A stretch of DNA of 63,837 nt, the filler included, from an uncultured virus (IMG/VR IMGVR_UViG_2061766007_004299) (lineage: Duplodnaviria; Heunggongvirae; Uroviricota; Caudoviricetes). It is 3 parts of one record of this genome, joined end to end, with 100 filler letters (N's around TTAATTAATTAA, not from the genome) between each part and the next. Parts side by side here need not be neighbours in the genome. Positions count along the whole stretch, not along the records: positions 33,381 to 63,837 come from IMGVR_UViG_2061766007_004299; 2 more parts are not named here. One strand, 5' to 3'. Made by a program: the position numbers and the translations under genes. Each line of letters opens with the position of its first letter. The first letter of the stretch is position 1. The notes beneath the pieces are model-generated. The model was given only the letters and a program-made list of their open reading frames with translations, was not told where the DNA came from and ran no database searches. Shown one piece after another: positions 43,221 through 53,111 of this stretch.

Positions 43221-43250
43221 GCAGATTTTGAAGGAGAGGAGGGATGCCAG

Positions 43251-43721
43251 ATGGCGACCAGAGGGAGAAAACCGACGCCGACCGCGATCAAGGAACTGGA
43301 AGGCAATCCGGGAAAGCGCAAGATCAATGAAGCCGAGCCAAAGCCGGAGAAAAAAGCGCCTCCGTGTCCGAAGTGGCTGGAGCCGGAAGCAAAGAAGGAA
43401 TGGCGGCGGCNNNNNNNNNNNNNNNNNNNNGGTGTGCTGACCGAGGTCGACCAGGCTGCGTTTGCATCCTACTGTCAGGCCTACGCCAGATGGAAAGAAG
43501 CGGAGGAGTTTATCACGCAGCACGGCACGATTGTGAAGACGCCTTCGGGCTACTGGCAGCAGGTGCCGCAGGTCTCCATTGCGCAGACCTATCTAAAAAT
43601 CATGAACAAGATCGCGGAGCAGTTCGGCCTGACGCCGTCCTCCAGATCCAGGATCATTGCCGGTGCCGGTGAAAGCGCTGGGCCGGGTGATGATATGGAA
43701 GATCTGCTGGGAGGGAACTGA
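43251..43721 (+). CDS. Terminase small subunit, P27 family
   Basis: GRKPTPTAIKELEGNPGKR...FGLTPSSRSRI. Confidence 0.93.
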   Translation: MATRGRKPTPTAIKELEGNPGKRKINEAEPKPEKKAPPCPKWLEPEAKKEWRRXXXXXXXGVLTEVDQAAFASYCQAYARWKEAEEFITQHGTIVKTPSGYWQQVPQVSIAQTYLKIMNKIAEQFGLTPSSRSRIIAGAGESAGPGDDMEDLLGGN

Positions 43722-45585
43722 TGGCGGCGAAAAAGAGCAGACCTGCAGAATATCCAACCCTGAAAAACTACAAGCCAACCCGTTTTATGCTGCCGGATTC
43801 CCATTATGACAAGATGCTGGCGGATCGGGCAGTTCGCTTTATTGAAAACCTCTGCCATACCAAGGGCCGCTGGAGTGGAAAGCCGTTCTGGCTGCTGCCT
43901 TGGCAGGAGCAGATCATCCGAGATGTGTTCGGGGTTGTGAAGGAAGATGGGACACGGCAATTCCGAACAGCCTATGTGGAGATCCCCAAGAAGAACGGGA
44001 AGAGTGAGCTGGCAGCGGCCATTGCCCTGTATCTCCTGTATGCAGATAACGAGCCTTCAGCGGAGGTGTACGGCGCGGCAGCGGACCGGCAGCAGGCAAG
44101 CATCGTCTTTGATGTGGCCAAGCGCATGGTGGAAATGACCCCGGCACTCTTGAAACGCTCCAAGATCATGGCGGCGACCAAGCGCCTGGTGAATTACTCC
44201 AACGTGGGTTTCTATCAGGTGCTGTCGGCAGAAGTCGGAACCAAGCATGGATTGAATGTGTCCGGTCTGGTGCTGGACGAGCTGCATGCCCAGCCCAACC
44301 GTAACCTGGTGGATGTCCTGACCAAGGGCTCCGGCGATGCGAGAACACAGCCTTTGTACTTCCTGATTACAACGGCCGGTACAGACCGGAACAGCATCTG
44401 CTATGAGTATCATACCAAGGCAAAGGATATCCTGGAGGGCAAGCGCATCGACCCTTCCTTCTATCCGGTGATTTACGGACTGGATGACGGTGAGGACTGG
44501 AACGATGAGAAAGCCTGGTACAAGGCCAATCCCTCCCTGGGATACACCATTCANNNNNNNNNNAAATCCCTCCCTGGGATACACCATTCAGATCGACCGT
44601 GTCCGGGATGCGCACCGGGAGGCACTTACCAATCCTGCAGAAGAGAATGTGTTCCGGCAGCTGAGATTGGATCAGTGGGTCGGCAGCGCCGTGGCCTGGA
44701 TCCCGGAGCACATCTATGACAAGGGAGATATCCCGATTGATACCGATTCTCTCAGAGGCCGTGAATGCTACTGCGGACTGGACCTTTCCAGTACCAGTGA
44801 CATCACGGCTTTTGTGATGGTGTTCCCTCCGCAGCACATGGACGATAAATACATTGTGTTGCCGCACTTCTGGCTTCCTCGTGAGACGCTGGATCTCCGG
44901 GTACGAAGGGATCACGTTCCCTACGATGTCTGGGAAAGGCAAGGGCTCTTTCATGTGACGGAGGGCAACGTGGTTGATTACAACTTCGTGCGAAAGACGA
45001 TNNNNNNNNNNCATGGTGTTCCCTCCACTGCATGAGGGAGATAAATACATCGTGGTGCCGCACTTCTGGCTCCCTCGTGAGACGCTGGATCTGCGGGTAC
45101 GGCGGGATCACGTTCCCTACGATGTCTGGGAGAGGCAAGGTCTCTTCCATGTGACGGAGGGCAACGTGGTTGATTACAACTTCGTGCGAAAGACGATCAA
45201 CGATTTAAACAAGGAGTTCAACATCAAGGAGATCGGCGTGGACCGCTGGAATGCGACACAGCTGATCACCGACCTGGAGGGCGATGGTTTCACCATGGTT
45301 CCCATCGGCATGGGCTTTAAGGACATGAGCCCCGGCATGAAGGAACTGTATAAGCTCCTGTTGGAAGGCAAGATCATCCATGGCGGCAATCCGGTGCTCC
45401 GATGGATGGCAGGGAATGTGGTCGCTGAGATTGATGCGGCAGAAAACATCAAGCCCAGCAAGAAAAAGAGCACCGAGAAGATCGATGGTATTGTCGCCTG
45501 GATCATGGGACTGGACCGGGCGATCCGCCAGGAGCAGCAGGGCAGTGTGTATGACGACCCGGATCATGGACTGTGGGTATTCTGA
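43721..45585 (+). CDS. Terminase large subunit (gapped, duplicated overlaps)
   Basis: Walker A IPKKNGKSE, LVLDELH, ITTAG, GLDLSSTSD, KIDGIVA. Confidence 0.95.
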
Positions 45586-45602
45586 GAATGGAGGAATCAA
45601 AG

Positions 45603-46972
45603 ATGGACTGGAGAGAATGGTTTGGTTTCAGCAGGCCGAGGGATGCTCCTGAGAGGGAGCTGCCGAAGATTGAAGATAACGTCCGGGATTCGGGCGGTAT
45701 TTTTGTTTTCGGGCAAACGCTCAGCGGAGAGCGGGTGGATGAAAAGTCCGCCATGCAGATTGCGACGGTGTACGCCTGTGTGCGGCTTCTGGCGGAGACG
45801 GTGGCCAGCCTGCCNNNNNNNNNNCTCCACGCCAAACTCACGAGTGGAAAGAAACTGACTGTCTTCCGGAGGCAGGCTGATCGGCTTATACGCCATGCCC
45901 TCTTCCAGCACAGCCACCTTGTGCGCGTTCCCTGCGCCGCCATAGGCATTCATCCAGTTATCCCGGATCTTCTGCGGATCCTTCAGTACACCCGGATGCT
46001 CCAGCACCCCGGCCGGTTGAGCGCCGTTCTTAAAGAAGGAGCTGCCGTACTTTTCCACCGCCAGCGTGGTGCCGAGGGCATTCTTCATCATGGCAATGGG
46101 GCTGAAGCCTACCAGGCCGTTAAAGCCGAGGCCGGGAATGTGCAGGATCTCGTCGCGCTGGAAAATAATATCTTTATCATGCTCACCGGGAACTTCATCC
46201 GTGTAAGCATGGTAGGTATAAAAAAGCTCTCCGTTCTCTGCCCGGTCGATCTCCACGTTTTCCGGGAGAAGCGGATACAGGCCAAGAATGCCGTTCTTGC
46301 CATCTCGCACAATCTGTGCATAGGCATTGCCCCACAGGAGCAGGTGCGTCATCATGGCTTCCCGGAAGGAGAAGCTTGTCATCTCCGGATTGGCCTGCCG
46401 GTACAGGATCTTATACAGCGGGTGCTCGGTGGCCTTTTCTTTTCCGTCGCCCTTCTCGGTAAATTTGTAAAGGTGAAGCGGCAGGCTGGCCACNNNNNNN
46501 NNNGATGCACACGATCATGCCCTGGCTGGTGAGGATCGAGCAGGCGATCATCAAGGACGTGCTGATCGAGGAAGAGCAGGATACCTACTTCCCGAAGTTC
46601 AACGTGGATGGCCTCATGCGCGGCGATTATAAGTCCCGCATGGACGGCTATGCGGTGGGCTTTTCCAATGGGTTCCTGTCGCCCAACGATATCCGGCGAC
46701 TGGAAAACATGGATCTGATCCCGTCCGAAGAAGGCGGGGACGATTACTACCTGAACGGCAGCTACACAAAGCTCAAAAACGCCGGGTCCGCCTATGGCGC
46801 AAACCAGGTGGCGGAGCAGGAGAAACAGCATGCCGAAGAGTCGGAAGAGCCCGAGACAGACACACCGGAGGAAGAGCCCGGCGAGGAACAGGAGGAGCAG
46901 CATGAAAGCAAAAACGCAGCCCAGCGCCATGCGCAGCGCAAGGTGCAGAGAAGAGGAGGAAACCGGAAGTGA
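45603..46972 (+). CDS. HK97-family portal protein; central contig 45825..46493 assembled in reverse
   Basis: VYACVRLLAETVASL continues on the minus strand as LPLHLY...LLWGNAY...QFLSTR, then PWLVRIEQ...IRRLENM. Confidence 0.92.
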
Positions 46973-47883
46973 TGAAGTTTTGGAACTGGATTCACGATGA
47001 CAGCGGCGGCAGAGTGCTCCGCCTGGAGGGACCGATTGATTCGGAATCCTTCTGGGGCGATGAGATCACGCCGCAGATGTTCCGTGATGAACTGTATGCG
47101 GAAGAGGGCGATATCACCCTGTGGGTCAATAGCCCTGGCGGTAACGTGTTTGCTGCGGCGGAGATCTACACCATGCTCCGGGATTACCCCGGCAACGTGA
47201 CGGTGCGGATCGCCAGCATAGCGGCCTCGGCGGCTTCTGTGGTGGCCATGGCAGGAAACGTGGTGCAGATGTCTCCCACGGCCCTGATCATGATCCATGA
47301 TCCTTCCACCATTGCCATGGGCAACGCCAAGGATATGGAGAAGGCGATCACGACCCTGAACGAGGTCAAGGAGAGCATCATCAATGCCTATGCCTTTAAG
47401 ACCGGCCTGACTCGAAACCGCATCAGTAAACTCATGAGCGATGAGACCTGGCTCAATGCCAAGAAGGCGGTGGAGCTGGGCTTTGCCGATGAGATTCTCT
47501 TTGAGAATAAGCCGAAACCGGAGGAAGAGCCGGAAGAACCCGAAGAGGAAGATCCTGATAAGGAGGAAGGCGCAGATGAAGGCAAAGAAGGCGGCGAAGA
47601 GGAAAAGAAGAAGCCCTTCCAGCTGGGGAATGCCATGTGGCAGTTCTCGTCCCGGCTCATGGGAGAAACCATTCTTAACCGAATCGGCGCGGAATGCAAA
47701 CCTGAAGGCGAAGAGCCTGAACCGGAAGCCGGAACTCCGGCACCGGAACCTGCCGAGGCAGGGGTGACTGATTCCTCAGAAGAGGAGAAGCCCAAAGCGC
47801 CGGTGATCGGCCTGGACGGCAAAACCGAGGACGGCGCGATGCCGTATGAAATCCTGAAAGACAAGCTGGAGTGGCTGAAATGA
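46969..47883 (+). CDS. ClpP-type head maturation protease
   Basis: VNSPGG, AASAASVVAMAG, MIHDP, ETWLNA; acidic C-terminal extension. Confidence 0.93.
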   Translation: MMKFWNWIHDDSGGRVLRLEGPIDSESFWGDEITPQMFRDELYAEEGDITLWVNSPGGNVFAAAEIYTMLRDYPGNVTVRIASIAASAASVVAMAGNVVQMSPTALIMIHDPSTIAMGNAKDMEKAITTLNEVKESIINAYAFKTGLTRNRISKLMSDETWLNAKKAVELGFADEILFENKPKPEEEPEEPEEEDPDKEEGADEGKEGGEEEKKKPFQLGNAMWQFSSRLMGETILNRIGAECKPEGEEPEPEAGTPAPEPAEAGVTDSSEEEKPKAPVIGLDGKTEDGAMPYEILKDKLEWLK

Positions 47884-48045
47884 GGCTGCCCCGGCTTTCT
47901 TTATGCCCCAAAACAATGACGACCGGAGCGATTTCTCCGGAGAAAGAGGTATCTCATGAATANNNNNNNNNNTGCTGCCCCAGCTTTCTTTATGCCCCAA
48001 ACACAATGACGACCGGAGCGATTTCTCCGGAGAAAGAGGTATCTC

Positions 48046-49362
48046 ATGAATAAGATTATGGAACTGCGCAATAAGCGCAATACCCTCTGGGAGCAGACCA
48101 AGAATTTCCTGGAGGAGCATCGCGGCGACAACGGCCTCGTGGAGGCTTCCGCTGTCGAGCAGTACAACAAGATGGCTGCGGACGTGCAGGCCCTCGGCGC
48201 GGANNNNNNNNNNTGGCCTCGTGGAGGCTTCCGCCGTCGAGCAGTACAACAAGATGGCTGCGGACGTGCAGGCCCTCGGCGCGGAGATCGAGCGTCTGGA
48301 GCAGCAGGCGGCTTTTGATGCCCAGCTTTCCCAGCCCACCACGCATCCCGTCACCAACAAGCCCATGAGCCGTAAGACAGAGAATGTGGCTCCCACCGCG
48401 ACTGACGAATACGCTGGTGCCTTCTGGAACATGATCCGCAACCAGGGTGATCAGTTCGCGGTTCGCAATGCCCTGTCTGTGGGCGAGGACACCGAGGGCG
48501 GCTATACCGTTCCCGACGAGTTCGAGCGCAAGCTCGTTCAGGCCCTGGAGGAGAATAACATCTTCCGTCAGCTGGCGACCGTCATCCGCACCAACAGCGG
48601 CACCCGCAAGATTCCCATCGCCAACGACACCATGGAGGCGCAGTGGATCGACGAGGGCGAGGAGATCCCGGAGACCAACACCAAGTTCGGTCAGACCACG
48701 CTGTCCGCATACAAGCTGGGCACCATGATCAAGATCAGCAATGAGCTGCTTCATGATTCTGCGTTTGACCTGGCTTCCTATATTGCCCAGCGCTTTGGCG
48801 TCTGCATGGGCAATGCCGAGGAGCGTGCCTTCTTCACCGGCGATGGCGATAAGAAGCCTCTGGGTATTCTGGCCGATGTCGGCGGCGCGGAGCTGGGCGT
48901 GACGGCTCAGGGCGAGGACCTCGTGACCTTCGATGAGATCTTCGATCTCTACTACAGCCTGAAGTCCCCGTATCGCCGCAGCGCTCAGTTTGTCTGCAAC
49001 GAGACTCTGCTCCTGCAGCTGATGAAGCTGAAAGANNNNNNNNNNNNNNNNNNNNNNNNNNNNNNNNNNNNNNNNNNNNNNNNNNNNNNNNNNNNNNNNN
49101 NNNNNNNNNNNNNNNNNNNNGCGGTGAGAAGGTTCTTCTGTTCGGCGACCTCAAGAACTACTGGGTTGCTGACCGTCAGAACCGCACCTTCCGTCGTCTG
49201 AACGAGCTGTATGCCCGCACCGACCAGGTCGGTTTCCTGACTACCCAGCGTGTGGACGGCCGCCTGATCCTGCCCGAGTCCGTGAAGGTGCTGAAGATGG
49301 CCGGAACTAAGGCCGCAAACACCACCCCGACCACCGATCCGGACGACGGCGCGAACGGCTGA
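48046..49362 (+). CDS. HK97-fold major capsid protein (gapped)
   Basis: Coiled-coil N-terminus, EGGYTVPDEF, ISNELLHDS, LFGDL...RVDGRL. Confidence 0.93.
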
Positions 49363-49425
49363 TCGTTTGCAGGGAGCTGGGGGAGCACCTCAGCTCCTTA
49401 AATTTACGGAAGGAGGCTGATGTGA

Positions 49426-49767
49426 ATGAGCCTGATTACGCTGATGGAAGCCAAGAGTTATCTGCGGGTGGACAGCGGGATGGATGACGACCTGATCATC
49501 AGCCTCCTGTCTTCCGCAGAAAAGCTGGTCACGGATATTTCCCGGATGACAGCAGCAGAGTGGTGCGCGGTGTGCACGGAGGAGGCTGTGACCATTCGCG
49601 GCACAGACCTTGATGCGGCAGAGACAGCACAGCTGAAAGCGCTCCTGACCTCTGCTGTTTACTTTTCCCTCGGATATCTGTATGAGCACCGGGAAGAAGC
49701 CGATCATCATGACCTGGTGATGACGCTCCGGAACCTTCTGTCCTCTGTGCGTGAGGGGGTGTTCTGA
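49426..49767 (+). CDS. Head-tail connector (gp6-like)
   Basis: ITLMEAKSYLRVD...DDDLI...YLYEHRE. Confidence 0.88.
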   Translation: MSLITLMEAKSYLRVDSGMDDDLIISLLSSAEKLVTDISRMTAAEWCAVCTEEAVTIRGTDLDAAETAQLKALLTSAVYFSLGYLYEHREEADHHDLVMTLRNLLSSVREGVF

Positions 49768-50114
49768 TGGATCGAAAGATTGCAAGGTTCAACGAGCGGA
49801 TCGTGATTCAGAAGAATGAAGTGGTGACCGATAAATACGGCAACCACAAAAACATCTGGACTGATTTCTACACCTGCTTCACCTACGCTAGCACCTACCA
49901 GTACGACAAAGAGAATGAGGCGGCTACCACGACGGAGGAGCGGACCATCAACTTTGAAGTCCGGTACTGCGGGGAGCTGAAAGACCTGGACAGCACACAC
50001 TTCCGTGTCGCTTTTCATGGAGACAGCTACGACATCCAGACAGTAGATTTTATGAATTACCAGAAGAAAACCATCCGGATCGTCTGCAAGCTGCAGAAGA
50101 AGGGAGGCGCGTGA
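49767..50114 (+). CDS. Head closure / head-tail adaptor
   Basis: RIVIQK...DKYGN...FEVRY...YDI; gene order. Confidence 0.85.
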   Translation: MDRKIARFNERIVIQKNEVVTDKYGNHKNIWTDFYTCFTYASTYQYDKENEAATTTEERTINFEVRYCGELKDLDSTHFRVAFHGDSYDIQTVDFMNYQKKTIRIVCKLQKKGGA

Positions 50115-50494
50115 TGGGAAAGACCATACCGATCGATGGCTTGGCTGATGCCATTAATGAAGGCCTGAAGGAATACGCCGATCTTGCCACGGAAGATGTG
50201 AAAAAGGCGGTGAAGAAATCCGCCAAGGCTGTGAAAGACCAGATAAATGGCTCCGCGCCGGTGCGGACAGGCCGGTACGCAAAAAGCTGGAAAGTAAAGA
50301 CGACGGCTGAGAACAGCACCAGCCTGGAGCAGACGGTGTATTCACCCTCCCGGTATATGCTGACGCATCTGCTGGAAAAGGGTCACGCCAAGCGAGGCGG
50401 CGGCCGTGTCAGGGCGATTCCGCATATAGCGCCTGCTGAGGAAATGGGGATCGAGCTGTTCGAGGGCCTGGTAGAACAGGCACTGAAGGGGTGA
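50111..50494 (+). CDS. HK97 gp10-like protein
   Basis: APVRTGRYAKSW, HLLEKGHAKRGGGRV, PHIAPA. Confidence 0.87.
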   Translation: MMGKTIPIDGLADAINEGLKEYADLATEDVKKAVKKSAKAVKDQINGSAPVRTGRYAKSWKVKTTAENSTSLEQTVYSPSRYMLTHLLEKGHAKRGGGRVRAIPHIAPAEEMGIELFEGLVEQALKG

Positions 50495-50868
50495 ACGCGA
50501 TGACACACAATGATGTATTTGAGGTGCTGGAGGAGCTTTCACTCCCCATCGCCTATGACCATTTTGCAGAGGGCGAGTCTCCGGACCCGCCTTTTATCTG
50601 TTTCCTGTATCCGAAAAACATCCCGATGGGAGCGGATAACACGGTGTACTACCAGCTGCATGAGCTGGACATTGAGCTGTACACCGATGCAAAGGATCCG
50701 ACCCTGGAGCAGCGGGTGGAACGGCTCCTTACGGAGCATGAGATGTTCTTCCATAAATCCGAGGTGTGGATCGAGGAAGAGAAGATGTATGAGGTCCTCT
50801 ATGAGGTCACGCTCGACCTGCAGTACGAGGACGAAGATGGCTCCGAGGAGCCGGAAAGTGAGGAGTAA
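50491..50868 (+). CDS. Tail terminator-like protein
   Basis: AYDHF...ADN...IELYTD...YEVLYE; position before the major tail gene. Confidence 0.8.
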   Translation: MNAMTHNDVFEVLEELSLPIAYDHFAEGESPDPPFICFLYPKNIPMGADNTVYYQLHELDIELYTDAKDPTLEQRVERLLTEHEMFFHKSEVWIEEEKMYEVLYEVTLDLQYEDEDGSEEPESEE

Positions 50869-50871
50869 CCT

Positions 50872-51501
50872 ATGAGCAAGAAGAAAAACAAGGTCCGGTT
50901 CGGCCTGAAGAATGCCCACTATGCCAAGGCCACCTTCGATGAAGATGGCAATGTGACCTATGCCAAGCCGGTGCGGCTGCCCGGCGCGGTCTCCCTGTCG
51001 ATGGACCCTGAAGGCGAGAATGAGAATTTCTACGCCGACGACATCGTGTACTTCGTGATCAACAACAACGCCGGTTACGAAGGCGACCTGGAGCTGGCCC
51101 TGATTCCCGAGGAGTTCCTCAAGGATATCCTGCATGAGGAAGAGGACGCCAACGGCGTGCTGGCCGAGAACGCCAACAACACCTTCGAGCGTTTTGCCCT
51201 GCTGTTCGAGTTCACGGGCGACGCGAAGGCCATCCGCCATGTGCTGTATTGCTGCAGTGCGTCCCGTCCTTCGATGGAAGGCGAGACCAAGGAAGATGAG
51301 AAGGAAGTCCAGACCGAGGAACTGTCCCTGATCGCTTCCGCGCTGGCCAATGGCTATGTGAAGGCCAAGACCAGCACCAACACCAGCAAGGCTGTCTATG
51401 ACAGCTGGTATGACGAGGTGTATATGCCTCCCGTCACGCCGGAAGAGGATGAAGGCGACGACAACACCTCTGGCGGCGACAATACCGAGCCCAACGGCTG
51501 A
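50872..51501 (+). CDS. Major tail protein, phi13 family
   Basis: VRFGLKNAHYA, PGAVSLS, FYADD, FALLFEF. Confidence 0.92.
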   Translation: MSKKKNKVRFGLKNAHYAKATFDEDGNVTYAKPVRLPGAVSLSMDPEGENENFYADDIVYFVINNNAGYEGDLELALIPEEFLKDILHEEEDANGVLAENANNTFERFALLFEFTGDAKAIRHVLYCCSASRPSMEGETKEDEKEVQTEELSLIASALANGYVKAKTSTNTSKAVYDSWYDEVYMPPVTPEEDEGDDNTSGGDNTEPNG

Positions 51502-51777
51502 TTTTAGCGGCGGGGATGAAATACTCCCCGCCCAATCTACATGAATTTTGAAGGGAGAAAAACACCATGGCAGTGNNNNNNNNNNTCCTACACCAGCAAG
51601 GCCGTGTATGACAGCTGGTACGATGAGGTGTATATGCCTCCTGTCACGCCGGAAGAGGAGGAAGGCGGCGACAACACCTCTGGCGGTGATAATACCGAGC
51701 CCAACGGCTGATGATAAGCGGCGGGGATGAAATACTCCCCGCCCAATCTACATGAAATTTGAAGGGAGATAAACACC

Positions 51778-52688
51778 ATGGCAGTGACTAAGAAAATTGA
51801 GATCGACGGCAATCTGGTGGAATTCAAGGCTTCCGCTGCGATTCCCCGTATCTATAGAAATAAGTTCGGGCGCGACGTGTACAAGGACCTGATGGTCCTG
51901 AACGACGCCATCAAGGATCANNNNNNNNNNCGGTGGAATTCAAGGCTTCCGCAGCCATTCCCCGTATCTATAGAAACAAGTTCGGACGCGACGTGTACAA
52001 GGACCTGATGGTCCTGAACGACGCCATCAAGGATCAGGACGAGGAAGCATCCACCCTCGACGGTTTCTCCCTGGAGATGTTTGAGGACCTGGCCTTCGTC
52101 ATGTGGTCGGCTGCGCATCCGGATCAGAAGTATGACAGCCCGGATGAATGGCTGGATCAGTTNNNNNNNNNNNNNNNNNNNNNNNNNNNNNNNNNNNNNN
52201 NNNNNNAGAAAGACAGAGCGGCCGATGACAACCGCTCTGTTTATGCTGCGCTGTGTGGAGCTGGGCCTGAACATCGCCGATTTAGACCTTCTGACCATTG
52301 GCAGCGTCAACGACATGTTCAACGAGAAGAGCCGGGACTCCATGGAATGNNNNNNNNNNTAACACCTTCAGTATTTATCAGATCCTGCCCGAGCTGATTG
52401 ACCTGTGGGGCATGAACATCAAGACCACGGTGCCTGCAAGAAAAAACTGNNNNNNNNNNCAACACCTTCAGTATCTATCAGATCCTGCCGGAGCTGATCG
52501 ACCTGTGGGGCATGAACATCAAGACCACGGTGCCTGCAAGAAAAAACTGNNNNNNNNNNNNNNNGCTTAACATTGCCGACCTGGACCTTCTGACCATCGG
52601 CAGCGTCAACGACATGTTCAACGAGAAGAGCCGGGACTCCATGGAATGGAAGGAGCAGGCTTCGCAGTCGGACTTCGATAAGTTCTAA
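51778..52688 (+). CDS. Tail assembly chaperone pair (G and frameshifted GT), fragmented
   Basis: FKASAAIPRIYRNKFGRD...LIDLWG...ARKN, then MTTALFMLRCVELGL...QSDFDKF. Confidence 0.8.
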
Positions 52689-52759
52689 GTGAAAAAAGTG
52701 CGTATTTACGCAAAAATTTCACGTAGTTCTGTTTTCATTTCTTGAAACGGGAGGAAACC

Positions 52760-53077
52760 ATGCAGATCAAATGCGACAAGTGCTCTGCCGTGTCAGACTC
52801 CATCACGCCGGAGACCTATCTGGAGGGCGATATCGAATTTACCTTCTTCCGGTGCCCAGCATGCGGCGAGGTCTATCCGGTGTGTGCAACGGACTCGGCG
52901 CTCCGGGCGGACATCGCGGAATATACCAGGATGCGGAATCTGATCCGGATGAAGCCGGTGAAGGAATCCTTCATCCGCAGGGCAGAAGCCCTTAAACAGA
53001 AGAACCTAAAACGTACTCGGGAGCTGATGGCTGAACATCCATTGGCTCCCTTTTTGCAGCCGGGTGCTGCCGAATAA
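52760..53077 (+). CDS. Small Zn-ribbon protein
   Basis: CDKC...CPACG; RBS GGGAGG. Confidence 0.7.
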   Translation: MQIKCDKCSAVSDSITPETYLEGDIEFTFFRCPACGEVYPVCATDSALRADIAEYTRMRNLIRMKPVKESFIRRAEALKQKNLKRTRELMAEHPLAPFLQPGAAE

Positions 53078-53111
53078 CCGCCTGAACGCAGGCAGAAGGG
53101 AGGGATGATCT

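Noticed and set aside
45825..46493. Apparent inversion inside the portal gene (possible phase variation)
   Set aside because: The segment is bounded by 10-N gaps and its end overlaps the previous contig (GTGGCCAGCCTGCC) in reverse complement. This indicates a mis-oriented contig.
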